Numbered from the stretch's first letter, positions 1-10,119 are shown. The stretch: 64,000 nt of DNA from Christensenellaceae bacterium (GCA_045614185.1 JAZLCJ010000016.1:11384-75383), one strand, 5' to 3'. Translations and numbers: made by a program. The notes: generated from the sequence alone by a model not told the origin.

Positions 1-154
1 GTATAACGAAAGACAATTCAAAGGCTCTCAAACTCAAGACCCTAACGAACAAGATATTCGTAATAGACAAATGGGTGGAGAGGCTAATAGTTGTTTATCT
101 TTCTGCGCAACTTGGTGCTGTTTAGACATGATGTGCAGTATGTGTTGTAGATAA
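1..154 (+). CDS. 3' end of an ORF entering from upstream, with a cysteine-rich C-terminus (...GGEANSCLSFCATWCCLDMMCSMCCR)
   Basis: Frame 2 is open from the window edge to TAA at 152-154. Third-codon positions are A/T-rich like neighbouring genes. The stop overlaps the next ATG (TAATG). Frame 3 is also open to about 126, so the frame choice is uncertain. Confidence 0.35.
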   Translation, partial: YNERQFKGSQTQDPNEQDIRNRQMGGEANSCLSFCATWCCLDMMCSMCCR

Positions 155-687
155 TGAAAAGTAAACTAATTTCGATATCTGCAATTTCCGCAGGTTTTGT
201 GGCTATCTTTTTGTTGATAGGCGCTTACGTGGAAGTTGCGGATATTTTTACAATTATAATTGCATCAATATTTGTAACATTACCACTTTATTATAAGTCG
301 TTTAAGTCATGCTTTTTGACTTTTTTGGCGGGTGGTGTAATTGCATTTATTTGCAGTGGATTAAACATATATTCATTGGTATTTCCAGCATATTTTGGAT
401 ATTTTGGAATATATCCAATAATCAAATTTATTCTTATTGAAAACAAGGTTAATAAGGTTATTAGTTTTTTAATAGGGATAATTTGGTGCGCTATTGCTTT
501 TATTGGTATATATTATTACTATATTACCATTGAGCCTGGTGTGCTTGAAGGTTTTCCTACTTGGATAAATGATTATATGGTTATTGCTGTGGCAATCATC
601 GGTGCTGTTTTTTACTTGATTTATGACAAGTATTTAACTGTGTGTAGAAGAGTTAGTGATTATTATCTTAAGAAAATTATAAAATAG
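154..687 (+). CDS. polytopic integral membrane protein, unknown family
   Basis: 177 aa with about 5-6 hydrophobic helices. The start overlaps the upstream stop (TAATG). No motif recognised. Confidence 0.6.
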   Translation: MKSKLISISAISAGFVAIFLLIGAYVEVADIFTIIIASIFVTLPLYYKSFKSCFLTFLAGGVIAFICSGLNIYSLVFPAYFGYFGIYPIIKFILIENKVNKVISFLIGIIWCAIAFIGIYYYYITIEPGVLEGFPTWINDYMVIAVAIIGAVFYLIYDKYLTVCRRVSDYYLKKIIK

Positions 688-695
688 GTTATCAA

Positions 696-2102
696 ATGGA
701 AAAAAACCAGGAAAAAGTTGGACTTGTTGTTGGTCTTGGCTCTAACGGTGAAGGTATCGTTAAAGAAGAAGGCAAAGTCGTATTCGTGCCGTATACGTTA
801 TTGGGCGAAAAAATTAAATATAAAATCTTAAAGGTTGATAAAAAGTGTGCTTACGGTAAGGTTTTAGAAGTTTTAACGCCCGCTGAAATGCGTGTTAGAC
901 CTGCCTGCCCGGTATTTGGTAAGTGCGGTGGTTGTCAACTTCAACACGTTAAGTACGTAAATCAACTTAAAATTAAAGAAGAGAACGTTGCAAATTGCTT
1001 TGATAAAATTGCAAACTTAAAAGTTGACGTTAAAAACGCTGTTAAAGGCGATGATGAGTTTAGATATAGAAATAAACTTCAATTACCCGTACAAGAAACT
1101 TCAAAAGGCACGGTTATCGGCTTTTATGCAGAAAACTCGCATAGGGTAGTACCCATTGACGATTGCTTGATAAATGCGCGTTGGACAGTCGATATTATCT
1201 CTGTTTTTAAGCAATATATTGAAGAATTTTCTATTAAAGGGTATAATGAAAACGACGGTAGCGGTGAACTTAGAGAAATTACCGTTAAAGACGTAAAAGA
1301 TAATCTTATTATAACAATGGTTGTTTTAGATGAAAATTTGCGTGGAATAAACCGTCTTGTTGAAATGTTAAGTGAACGCTTAAACTTTACATTCTCATTG
1401 TATCTTAATATAAACAAAAAGAACACTAACGTTATTTACGGCGAGAAATTTAAACTTATTTATGGTGAACCTGATTATACGGGGGATATGCTTGGTATCA
1501 AGTATAAAATAGGCGTTCAATCTTTTATGCAAGTAAATAACTCTGTTTGCGCTAAATTGTATTCCGCTGTAAGAGATTCTGTTGATGCTGATGAAAATAC
1601 CGTTGTTATTGATGCGTATAGTGGGGCAGGTCTTATGACTGCGTTGCTTTCTAAGCGTGCAAAGAAGGCAATAGGTGTTGAAATTATACCTGAAGCAGTT
1701 AGATGTGCAAACGACTTAGCTGTTCAAAATGGATTAAGTGATAAAATCAGTAATTATCTTGGAAAATGTGAAGACATTTTGCCAGACATAATCGAAAAAG
1801 AAAAGCAGTTAAAGTCTAAGGTTTGCCTTGTTTTAGACCCGCCGAGAAAAGGTTGCGACATTAAAGTTATAAATGCAATAATTAAAAGCGATATTGACAA
1901 GATAGTTTACGTATCTTGTAAGCCTTCTACTCTTGCCAGAGATATAGGGTTGATCACAGGATCGCTTGCAGTTATTGATGGTGAAGTTAAAAAGGTAGAA
2001 AACCCCAAACTTCGTTACGATATTTCTTTAGTTCGTCCCTTTGATATGTTTGCAAATACAAAGCATATTGAAACACTTGTGTGTTTAACAAGGAATAAAT
2101 AA
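696..2102 (+). CDS. rumA: 23S rRNA (uracil-C5)-methyltransferase, RumA/RlmD (TrmA) family
   Basis: TRAM-like N-terminus, Fe-S Cys cluster CPVFGKCGGCQLQH, SAM motif DAYSGAG, and C-terminal YVSCKPSTLARD. Confidence 0.85.
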   Translation: MEKNQEKVGLVVGLGSNGEGIVKEEGKVVFVPYTLLGEKIKYKILKVDKKCAYGKVLEVLTPAEMRVRPACPVFGKCGGCQLQHVKYVNQLKIKEENVANCFDKIANLKVDVKNAVKGDDEFRYRNKLQLPVQETSKGTVIGFYAENSHRVVPIDDCLINARWTVDIISVFKQYIEEFSIKGYNENDGSGELREITVKDVKDNLIITMVVLDENLRGINRLVEMLSERLNFTFSLYLNINKKNTNVIYGEKFKLIYGEPDYTGDMLGIKYKIGVQSFMQVNNSVCAKLYSAVRDSVDADENTVVIDAYSGAGLMTALLSKRAKKAIGVEIIPEAVRCANDLAVQNGLSDKISNYLGKCEDILPDIIEKEKQLKSKVCLVLDPPRKGCDIKVINAIIKSDIDKIVYVSCKPSTLARDIGLITGSLAVIDGEVKKVENPKLRYDISLVRPFDMFANTKHIETLVCLTRNK

Positions 2103-2118
2103 AATTTAGAGGTGCGTT

Positions 2119-2784
2119 ATGAAACTTATCTTAAGTGCGTTAATTAAATTCATTTTAGGTATTGTTTTGGTTGGCGCACTTTTATTTTTGCCTGCTAATA
2201 CTTTTAATTATTTTGGCGCTTGGCTGTTTATTGCTTTGATTTTTATCCCAATGTTTATTATGGGTATAGTGATGCTGGTAAAATCACCTAAGCTTTTAGA
2301 AAAACGCTTGAATAATAAGGAAAAAGAAAAAACTCAAAAAGGTGTGGTTGGTTTTTCTGGTTTAATGTTTGTTGCTGGTTTCATAGTGTCGGCATTAGAC
2401 TTTAGATTTTCATGGTCAACCGTTCCGCTTTGGCTTGTAATAGTTGCGTCAGTTCTGTTTTTAATTGGCTATATCTTATATATGGAAGTTATGAGAGAAA
2501 ACGCGTATCTTTCACGCACGATTGAAGTACAAGAAGATCAGCAATTGATAAGCACGGGATTATATGGCATAATTCGCCACCCAATGTATTTGGCAACACT
2601 TTTAATGTTTTTACCCATGCCGTTGATTTTAGGCTCTTTGTGGGGATTAATTGCCTTTGCGCTTTATCCAATTATTATAATCGTTAGAATTTTAAACGAA
2701 GAAAAAGTTTTATTAGAAGGCTTAGAAGGTTATAAAGAATATACAAAAAAAGTTAAATATAGACTTATACCATTTGTTTGGTAA
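2119..2784 (+). CDS. isoprenylcysteine carboxyl / phospholipid methyltransferase-family membrane protein
   Basis: Multi-TM protein with the C-terminal motif GLYGIIRHPMYLATLLMF typical of ICMT/PEMT-like enzymes. Confidence 0.65.
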   Translation: MKLILSALIKFILGIVLVGALLFLPANTFNYFGAWLFIALIFIPMFIMGIVMLVKSPKLLEKRLNNKEKEKTQKGVVGFSGLMFVAGFIVSALDFRFSWSTVPLWLVIVASVLFLIGYILYMEVMRENAYLSRTIEVQEDQQLISTGLYGIIRHPMYLATLLMFLPMPLILGSLWGLIAFALYPIIIIVRILNEEKVLLEGLEGYKEYTKKVKYRLIPFVW

Positions 2785-2796
2785 AGGGGGATAAAT

Positions 2797-4806
2797 ATGC
2801 ATCAATTTCAAGGCAAGTGGATAACAAACGAAGAATTTTACAACCTTAAACCTAGGAATGTTTTTCATAGGCAGTTAGATATTATTGATTTTGATTGCTC
2901 TGAACATAGAAATAAACATATTTTGTTTCGTAAAAAGTTTAATTTATTAAAAACAAATGGTAGAGCGATTATCTATATTTCTGCAGATGATTTTTATAGA
3001 TTATATATAAATGGAAAGTTTATTACGATTGGACCAGCTCCGGCTTATCATTTTAATTACAATTACAACGTAATAGACGTTACCCAATATTTAAGTAATG
3101 GTGAAAACTTGATTGCGGTGCACACTTTCTATCAAGGTTTGATAAATAGAGTGTGGCAAAGCGGAGATAACCGTCACGGCTTAATTTTGGACCTTTGTGT
3201 TGAAAATGAAACCGTTGTTAAGAGCGACGAAAGTTTTTTAACCACATTTCATACCGCTTATGAAGAAATCGGCACGGTTGGTTATGCCACTGCATTTTTA
3301 GATAAGTATGATTCTAATTCATTAGAGATAGGCTTTGAGAATATAGATTTTGATGACTCTAACTGGGAAAAAGCAAAAGTGTCGAAGTATTCTGATTATA
3401 AGTTAAACGAGCAAAAAAGCGCTCAATTAGCTTTTGAAAAAATTAAGCCAAAAAATATCCGCAATGATAACGGTGCTGTTTTCATTGATTTTGGAGCGAT
3501 TTACGTGGGGCACTTATATGCGAAAGTTAAGGGTGCTAAAGGGCAAGAAGTAATTATTCGTCAAGGTCAAGAACTTCTTGATGATGGTAGCGTAAGGTTT
3601 AAGCTGCGCGCAAACTGCAATTATGAAGAAAAGTGGGTGCTTTCTGATGAAGAAAGTTCGTTAGATCAGTTTGATTATAAATCATTTAGGTATGCTTCGT
3701 TTGTTTTACCTAAAAACGCAGTTCTCTTAGAAACGTATCTTATTGCAAGACATTATCCATTTGAGCTTAAAGCAAAAATCTCTAATGAGTTCAAACATTC
3801 TATTGAATTAAAAAAGATTTGGAAATTATGCGTTAACTCGCAAAAATACGGTGTTCAAGACGCCGTGCTCGATTGTATGGATAGAGAAAAGGGTTTTTAT
3901 CTTGGCGACGGGTGTTATTCTGCGCTTGCACACATGGTTTTAACCCATGATGACGTTATGGTTAGAAAACTAATTGACGAAGCGTTTTCGACTGTATTTA
4001 TAACTGACGGATTAGTTACATGTATTAACTGTTCTTTTATGCAAGAAATTGCAGAGTTTCCGCTAATTTTAGTTAAACTTGTTCTTTGGCATTATAACTA
4101 CACTAAAGACATTGATTTTTTAAGAGAAAATTATAGCAAGGTTACGGCGCTTATTGACGCTTATAAGCGTGATTATGAAGATAATTATTTACTGAAAAAT
4201 CTCGACAAATGGTGTGTGGTTGAGTGGCCGAGGAATTTTCGCGATGGTTATGACGTTGACATCAAAGAAGGAAAAGTTTGTGAACAAACACACGTTGCAA
4301 TAAATGCTTATTACTTAGAAAGCATTCGTGTTGCAAATAGAATTGCAAGTATTTTATCGTTGCCTGAATATAGAGATATTACGCCTTTAAAAAATGCGTT
4401 TATGAATGCCTTTTATAATAAGGATAACCATTTATTTAAAGACGGAGTAAATACCGAACATATAAGTTTTATAGGTAATATTTTTGCATTTGCGTATAAT
4501 CTTTGTGAAGATAAAGAGTTTATAAAAAACGCACTCAAAATGATTGATGAGCGTAAGATTAGTTCGGTTTGTATATTTGGTACTTTTCCGCTTCTCGAAG
4601 GATTGATTCGCAACGGCTATAGGGATAAAATTAAAGAAGTTATGTCTGATAAAGGTGCGTGGCTTAGAATGATTGAAGAAGGTGCTACGACAACTTTTGA
4701 AGGTTGGGGTAAGGATACTAAATGGAATACTTCGCTCTTTCATTTAACTTTGTCTCTCGGGGCAGTTTTCCTATCTGACGTTGATATTGAAAATTTACTC
4801 ATCTAA
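2797..4806 (+). CDS. alpha-L-rhamnosidase-like (GH78-like) six-hairpin glycosidase, no signal peptide
   Basis: The N-terminal DDFYRLYINGKFITIGPAP pattern resembles the rhamnosidase N-domain. A large C-terminal alpha/alpha-toroid-like region ends ...TTFEGWG...WNTSLFH. Confidence 0.5.
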   Translation: MHQFQGKWITNEEFYNLKPRNVFHRQLDIIDFDCSEHRNKHILFRKKFNLLKTNGRAIIYISADDFYRLYINGKFITIGPAPAYHFNYNYNVIDVTQYLSNGENLIAVHTFYQGLINRVWQSGDNRHGLILDLCVENETVVKSDESFLTTFHTAYEEIGTVGYATAFLDKYDSNSLEIGFENIDFDDSNWEKAKVSKYSDYKLNEQKSAQLAFEKIKPKNIRNDNGAVFIDFGAIYVGHLYAKVKGAKGQEVIIRQGQELLDDGSVRFKLRANCNYEEKWVLSDEESSLDQFDYKSFRYASFVLPKNAVLLETYLIARHYPFELKAKISNEFKHSIELKKIWKLCVNSQKYGVQDAVLDCMDREKGFYLGDGCYSALAHMVLTHDDVMVRKLIDEAFSTVFITDGLVTCINCSFMQEIAEFPLILVKLVLWHYNYTKDIDFLRENYSKVTALIDAYKRDYEDNYLLKNLDKWCVVEWPRNFRDGYDVDIKEGKVCEQTHVAINAYYLESIRVANRIASILSLPEYRDITPLKNAFMNAFYNKDNHLFKDGVNTEHISFIGNIFAFAYNLCEDKEFIKNALKMIDERKISSVCIFGTFPLLEGLIRNGYRDKIKEVMSDKGAWLRMIEEGATTTFEGWGKDTKWNTSLFHLTLSLGAVFLSDVDIENLLI

Positions 4807-4836
4807 ATATCAAAAAAGTTATTAACATTGAACTTA

Positions 4837-4867
4837 AAAGCAAGGTTTTTTTAGCCTTGCTTTTTTA
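4837..4867 (+). terminator. rho-independent terminator
   Basis: Stem AAAAGCAAGG / CCTTGCTTTT followed by a T-run. Confidence 0.8.
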
Positions 4868-5002
4868 TTATGGCTGACATAAAGCTAGTATCTAACTAAT
4901 ATAATTAGCATTAAGATATTAACAATCGATTAAAAAAATTAGGCAAAAATTGTTGATAAGTGCCATATTTTAACTAAGTTATTAACAATTTGGGGTTTTG
5001 TT

Positions 5003-5713
5003 ATGTTTGTCATAAAAAGGCGAAGTTTTGTTATTATTTCAGTACTTTTAGCAACGGTTATAGCAATAGTTGTGTGTTTAAGTGCAATAGCCTTAAATCC
5101 TACTGGTAAAATGAATTCTGATAGAATTAAAATAGTGCTTGATGCAGGTCACGGCGGTATTGATGGTGGGGTAAGTGGTGTTCTTACAGGGGTAAAAGAA
5201 AGTGAAATAAATTTAAAAGTAGTTAAAAAAATTGAAGGGTATTTAGTTGCTGCAGGGATAGAAGTAACGCTTACTCGTAATTCTGATGCTGGTTTATACG
5301 GAATTGCTACAAAAAATCTAAAGAAGAAAGATATGGAAAAAAGAAGGGATATAATATTAGAAGTAAAACCAGATTTAGTAATAAGTATACATATGAATAA
5401 GTACAGCCTTTCTACAAGGCGAGGGGCACAAGTGTTTTATAAAAAAAGTGATGAAACTGCAAAAGTTTTAGCAAAATGTGTTCAAAATAGTTTTAACAAT
5501 ATGAGTGAAGCGAGCAGAGAATGTAGCATCTTAACAGGGGATTACTTCATTTTAAACTGTAGTAATTACCCTTCAATTATTGCTGAATGTGGTTTTTTAT
5601 CAAATCCCGATGACGAGGCTTTGCTCTTAACTGAAGAATATCAAGATAAACTTGCTTTTACTATTTTTCAAGGCGTGGTTGACTATTTGTCAAAAACAGC
5701 AGATAATATTTAG
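5003..5713 (+). CDS. cwlD: N-acetylmuramoyl-L-alanine amidase, CwlD-like (germination-specific)
   Basis: N-terminal TM anchor plus Amidase_3 motifs LDAGHGGIDGG, ISIHMN and ECGFLSNPDDE. Size and architecture match CwlD. Confidence 0.7.
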   Translation: MFVIKRRSFVIISVLLATVIAIVVCLSAIALNPTGKMNSDRIKIVLDAGHGGIDGGVSGVLTGVKESEINLKVVKKIEGYLVAAGIEVTLTRNSDAGLYGIATKNLKKKDMEKRRDIILEVKPDLVISIHMNKYSLSTRRGAQVFYKKSDETAKVLAKCVQNSFNNMSEASRECSILTGDYFILNCSNYPSIIAECGFLSNPDDEALLLTEEYQDKLAFTIFQGVVDYLSKTADNI

Positions 5714-5738
5714 CACTTAAAAGTTTTAATTTTATTTT

Positions 5739-5767
5739 ACCCGAATTAAAATATTCGGGCTTTTTTA
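5739..5767 (+). terminator. rho-independent terminator
   Basis: Stem CCCGAAT / ATTCGGG followed by T6. Confidence 0.8.
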
Positions 5768-5847
5768 TTGTGTTTTTTTTAATAATATAGTATAATTAAA
5801 ATAACAAAAAATGGGGTAAGTGTGTTTTGTTCAAATTAGGCGAGATT

Positions 5848-6231
5848 ATGGACAAGAATAAGGCTAATAACGTTAGCCCAATAGTACTTGCGTTTGTTGG
5901 TGATGCAGTATATTCTTTGTTCGTTAGGGAAAAGTTAACTTTTGAAACTGATTATAAAGCAGGAGAGTTGCAAAAACTTGCAGTTAAAGAAGTTAACGCT
6001 GTTGCACAAGCCCAGTTTGTTAAAAAAATTCTACCCTTGCTCACTGAAGAAGAAACAGGTATTTTTAAGCGTGCGCGCAATACTAAAAAAGGCACTAAGG
6101 CTAAAAATGCATCAGTTGCGGACTATAATGCGTCAACTGGATTCGAGGCGTTGCTTGGATATTTATACTTGACAGGGCAAAATGAAAGATTAAATTTTAT
6201 ATTAAATGAAGGTGTTTTAGATGAAGATTGA
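5848..6231 (+). CDS. mrnC: Mini-ribonuclease 3
   Basis: LAFVGDAVYSLFVRE motif. Conserved synteny mrnC-rlmB-sigH. ATG at 5848 is preferred over the track's TTG at 5827. Confidence 0.85.
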   Translation: MDKNKANNVSPIVLAFVGDAVYSLFVREKLTFETDYKAGELQKLAVKEVNAVAQAQFVKKILPLLTEEETGIFKRARNTKKGTKAKNASVADYNASTGFEALLGYLYLTGQNERLNFILNEGVLDED

Positions 6232-6949
6232 AGGTAGAAATTCGGTTTATGAACTTCTTAAAACCGATAAAGAAATTGATAAAATTTTAGTTCAAAAAGA
6301 CTTAAAAGACGAAGCAAGTAAGCGTTTAATTAACGTTATCCGCTCACACAAAGTTAAACTTCAACCCGTAGATAAGTACGTTATTGAAAAAGAAAGTGAA
6401 AGTAAACGTCATCAAGGCTTTATTGCATACGTATCTGATTACAAGTATTTTGACTTGGAAGATATTATTTCTGATTGTGCTGAAAAAGATGGGTTGGTTG
6501 TGGTTTGCAATGAAATTTTAGATCCCCATAATTTAGGCAGTATTATTAGGGTTTGTGAATGTGCTGGTGCTGATGGTATTATAATTGGTAAAGATAGAAG
6601 TGCGTCAGTAAGCGATACCGTTATGCGTATTTCAGCAGGTGCGCTTAACCACATTAAGGTTGCAAAAGTTACTAACATAAATACTGCAATAGATAAACTT
6701 AAAGATAATGGTTTTTGGGTTTATGGCGCTGAAGTTGGCGGTGGAAACATTTACAAGTCTAATCTTACCGGTAAAATTTGCTTAGTAATCGGTGGTGAAG
6801 ACAGCGGTGTTAAGCGTTTAACAAAAGAAAAATGTGATGGAATTATTTCAATTCCAATGTTCGGCAAAGTTAATTCACTCAACGCGTCTGTTGCATGTGG
6901 TATTGCCGTTTATGAAGTTGTAAGACAACGCGTACAACAAGATAAATAA
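6221..6949 (+). CDS. rlmB: 23S rRNA (guanosine-2'-O)-methyltransferase, TrmH/SpoU family (RlmB/YacO)
   Basis: SpoU MTase motifs LVIGGEDSGV and SLNASVACGIAVYE, plus synteny. Confidence 0.85.
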   Translation: MKIEGRNSVYELLKTDKEIDKILVQKDLKDEASKRLINVIRSHKVKLQPVDKYVIEKESESKRHQGFIAYVSDYKYFDLEDIISDCAEKDGLVVVCNEILDPHNLGSIIRVCECAGADGIIIGKDRSASVSDTVMRISAGALNHIKVAKVTNINTAIDKLKDNGFWVYGAEVGGGNIYKSNLTGKICLVIGGEDSGVKRLTKEKCDGIISIPMFGKVNSLNASVACGIAVYEVVRQRVQQDK

Positions 6950-6972
6950 TTTAACTAAAGGGAAAGGTAACT

Positions 6973-7560
6973 ATGAGTTATTTGAGTATGACCGATGAGC
7001 AGTTAGTCGCTTTTGCCAAAGCCGACAAAGGCAGGCCTTTTGAAGTGCTTATCGGCAGATACGACAAAATAATTCGCGGTATAGTTAATAAGTATTTTTG
7101 TTTAGATGCTGACCGTGATGATTTGCATCAAGCAGGTTTAATTGCATTATCAGATGCGGTCGATAGTTTTAACGAGGGGGCAAATTTTCAATCATTTGCT
7201 TATACTTGTATCCAAAATAAAGTTTTATCTGCGTTAAGATCTAACAATTCAAAAAAGAACGAACCGTTGAAAAATTATATTCCGTTATCTGGGTATGGTG
7301 ATGGAAGTGTGGATAAGACGGAAGTTTTGGTTGATTCTAAAATCGGGCCTGAAGAATTTTTTGTCGATAAAGAAAGTAAAAACGAAATTGAACGCACGAT
7401 TAAAAAAGAATTAAGTGAACTTGAATATAAAATTTTTGCCTTACATATTCAAGGGTATTCTTATGATGAAATAGGCAATAAACTTGACAAACCAGAAAAG
7501 TCCGTTGACAATGCTTTGCAACGCATTAGAAGAAAATTACGCGCAAAATTAAGCGTTTAA
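6973..7560 (+). CDS. sigH: RNA polymerase sigma-H factor (early sporulation)
   Basis: Sigma-70 region 2 (DDLHQAGLIAL) and region 4 HTH (YSYDEIGNKLDKPEKSVDNALQRIRRKL). Its position after rlmB matches Bacillus and Clostridium. Confidence 0.7.
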   Translation: MSYLSMTDEQLVAFAKADKGRPFEVLIGRYDKIIRGIVNKYFCLDADRDDLHQAGLIALSDAVDSFNEGANFQSFAYTCIQNKVLSALRSNNSKKNEPLKNYIPLSGYGDGSVDKTEVLVDSKIGPEEFFVDKESKNEIERTIKKELSELEYKIFALHIQGYSYDEIGNKLDKPEKSVDNALQRIRRKLRAKLSV

Positions 7561-7570
7561 GGAGAGTTTT

Positions 7571-9157
7571 ATGGCGTATCTTGCGTTATATAGAAAATAT
7601 CGCCCAACAACCTTTAATAATCTTATTGGTCAAGAGCATATAGTAACTACGCTTGTAAATCAAATAATCGGCGAAAAACTTGGTCATGCTTACCTTTTTA
7701 CTGGTACACGTGGTACAGGTAAAACTTCTGCTGCAAAGATTTTTGCAAAGGCAATTAACTGCTTGAACCCCGTAAATAGTTCTCCGTGTGGTGAATGTGA
7801 AGTGTGTAAAGCGCTTGCTGATCCTTCTAATATTGACGTTATAGAAATTGACGCGGCTTCTAATAACGGTGTAAACGAAATTAGAGAACTTCGTGAAAAA
7901 GTTCAATATCCGCCCGTTTCTTGCAGATATAAAGTTTATATTGTAGACGAAGTGCATATGCTTACAGGGGCAGCGTTTAATGCGCTTTTAAAAACTTTAG
8001 AAGAACCTCCAAAACACGTAGTGTTTATTTTAGCTACTACTGAAGTTCATAAAATACCTGCAACTATTCTTTCAAGATGTATGCGTTTCGATTTTAGATT
8101 GATTTCTACTGAAAGAATTGCTAATCTTATTTCAAAAATATACGACGAACAAGGAAAGGCTTACGAAAAAGAGGCTGTTTTTGCTATAGCAAAAGCGGGG
8201 GAAGGTAGTATTCGTGACGCACTTTCTATTGCTGATATTGCACTATCTTATGGCAATGGTAAACTTACTTATGATAACGTAATGGATATACTTGGCTCGT
8301 CTAATAGTGATTTGTTGACCGAGTTTGTAAAAGACGTTATTAACTCTGATACTGGTGCGGTTCTTCATACTATTGATACTCTTGCTTCTTTAGGAAAGAG
8401 TATGGGCGTCTTAATTAAGGACGTAACTGCGATTGTGCGTGACCTATTAGTTGTTAAAACGTGTAGTAATTCAAATGCAATTTTAGGGTTGCCTGAGTCT
8501 AAGTTTAACGAATATAAACAAATTGCTGATAGTACTAATGAGCAAAGGTTGTTGCGATTATTAGAGATTTTTGCTGATGCGGAAAATGCTTTAAAATATA
8601 CAAATTACCCGCGCGTGATTTTTGAAACCGCATCTGTAAAGGCTGCAAAGCCGGATTCAGATTATAATTTTGATGCTTTGCTTTCAAGAATTAATACTTT
8701 AGAAGATAAACTTAAAAAACTTGAAACTGAGGGCGTTAAAGTCATAAAAAATGAACCTACTATCAGTAAATGTGAAGAAGTTGCTACTGAAGAAAAAGTT
8801 GTAAAAGTCGAAGAAAACAAAAAACAAACTTTGCAATCAATTCCTATCAATGAGTTGAAAGGCAAACTTTTAACAAATCTTCGCAAAATTGGTAGTGAAA
8901 TGCTTTGGAATATGATTCAAAACGTTGAACTTGAAGTTAGTGGAAACGTTTTGACAATAGTTGCATCAAACACCGCTGATAAAGATTTGCTGGATAAAGT
9001 AACAAGTAGGGCAAAGATTGAAGATTCGCTTGATGAGTTTATGCCTTTTGAACTTCAAATCAGCTTGTCGGATGCTGAAAAGAATTTAGATGCTGTTGAC
9101 AAGGCTGCTGAAAGAGTAAAAAGTATTTTTGGCGACGATATAGTTATTATTAAATAA
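7571..9157 (+). CDS. dnaX: DNA polymerase III subunit gamma/tau
   Basis: Walker A GTRGTGKTS, zinc module CGECEVC, and DEVHML box. Confidence 0.95.
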   Translation: MAYLALYRKYRPTTFNNLIGQEHIVTTLVNQIIGEKLGHAYLFTGTRGTGKTSAAKIFAKAINCLNPVNSSPCGECEVCKALADPSNIDVIEIDAASNNGVNEIRELREKVQYPPVSCRYKVYIVDEVHMLTGAAFNALLKTLEEPPKHVVFILATTEVHKIPATILSRCMRFDFRLISTERIANLISKIYDEQGKAYEKEAVFAIAKAGEGSIRDALSIADIALSYGNGKLTYDNVMDILGSSNSDLLTEFVKDVINSDTGAVLHTIDTLASLGKSMGVLIKDVTAIVRDLLVVKTCSNSNAILGLPESKFNEYKQIADSTNEQRLLRLLEIFADAENALKYTNYPRVIFETASVKAAKPDSDYNFDALLSRINTLEDKLKKLETEGVKVIKNEPTISKCEEVATEEKVVKVEENKKQTLQSIPINELKGKLLTNLRKIGSEMLWNMIQNVELEVSGNVLTIVASNTADKDLLDKVTSRAKIEDSLDEFMPFELQISLSDAEKNLDAVDKAAERVKSIFGDDIVIIK

Positions 9158-9188
9158 ATTAAACATAAAAATATTAAGGAGACTAAAA

Positions 9189-9524
9189 ATGGGATACAGA
9201 GGTGGATACGGTGGTTTCGGCGGTGGCGGAAACCAAATGCAAAATCTTTTTAAGCAAGCACAAAAAATGCAAGAAGAAATGCAAAAAGCTCAAGCACAAC
9301 TTGAAGAAATGGAAATTGAAGGTAGTGCAGGTGGTGGGCTTGTAAAAGTTATCGTTAGTGGTAAAAAGGTTGTTAAAAGCGTAAATATTAATCCAGATGC
9401 TGTTGATACTGATGATATTACTATGCTTGAAGACCTTATTATTGCAGCGCTTAATGATGCTTATGCAAAAGCAGATAAAGCAAGTAGCGATAAAATGGGA
9501 GCATTTAACGGTTTAGGTTTATAA
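9189..9524 (+). CDS. ybaB: nucleoid-associated protein YbaB/EbfC
   Basis: dnaX-ybaB-recR synteny and family-typical QKMQEEMQKAQ...GGGLVKV. Has a Gly-rich N-terminal extension. Confidence 0.9.
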   Translation: MGYRGGYGGFGGGGNQMQNLFKQAQKMQEEMQKAQAQLEEMEIEGSAGGGLVKVIVSGKKVVKSVNINPDAVDTDDITMLEDLIIAALNDAYAKADKASSDKMGAFNGLGL

Positions 9525-9525
9525 T

Positions 9526-10119
9526 ATGAAAGTTTACATTGGACCTATAGGTAGGCTAATCAATGAGTTTTCTAAATTGCCAGGAGTTGGAGCGAAAACC
9601 GCACAAAGATTTGCTTATAAGGTTATAAACATGACGACAGATGAGGCAAAAGCATTTTCTGATGCAATATTAAATGCTAAAACTAACGTTCGTTATTGTA
9701 AGATTTGCGGTAATTTTTCAGAAGGCGATATTTGTGATGTTTGCAGAACACGTTCAAATGATACTATTTGCGTTGTTAAAGAACCTAAAGACGTTATCGC
9801 TATTGAAAAATTAAATGAATATAATGGTGTTTACCACGTTTTACACGGAACTATTTCTCCGTTAGATGGAATTGGGCCTAATGATATAAATATAAAAGAA
9901 CTTCTTGCCCGTATTTCTAAAGGTGGGGTTAATGAAGTTATTATGGCAACTAATCCAGACGTGGAAGGCGAAGCAACCGCTATGTATATTTCTAATTTAT
10001 TAAAACCTTTGGGTATTAAAGTTTCACGCTTGGCGCATGGTATACCTATCGGTACAGATTTAGAGTATGCAGACGAAGTAAGTCTTGCTCGCGCTTTTGT
10101 TGATCGTAAAACGCTTTAA
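9526..10119 (+). CDS. recR: recombination protein RecR
   Basis: HhH motif, C4 zinc finger CKICGN...CDVC, and Toprim domain. Confidence 0.95.
   Translation: MKVYIGPIGRLINEFSKLPGVGAKTAQRFAYKVINMTTDEAKAFSDAILNAKTNVRYCKICGNFSEGDICDVCRTRSNDTICVVKEPKDVIAIEKLNEYNGVYHVLHGTISPLDGIGPNDINIKELLARISKGGVNEVIMATNPDVEGEATAMYISNLLKPLGIKVSRLAHGIPIGTDLEYADEVSLARAFVDRKTL

Noticed and set aside
7561-7570. scRNA (SRP RNA) gene, expected upstream of dnaX as in Bacillus
   Set aside because: sigH ends 10 nt before dnaX, so there is no room for an RNA gene.
8800-8830. Programmed -1 frameshift site in dnaX (A-rich run AACAAAAAACAA)
   Set aside because: The run is not in the X XXY YYZ register in the zero frame. There is no downstream stem-loop, and this mechanism is not known for Firmicute dnaX.
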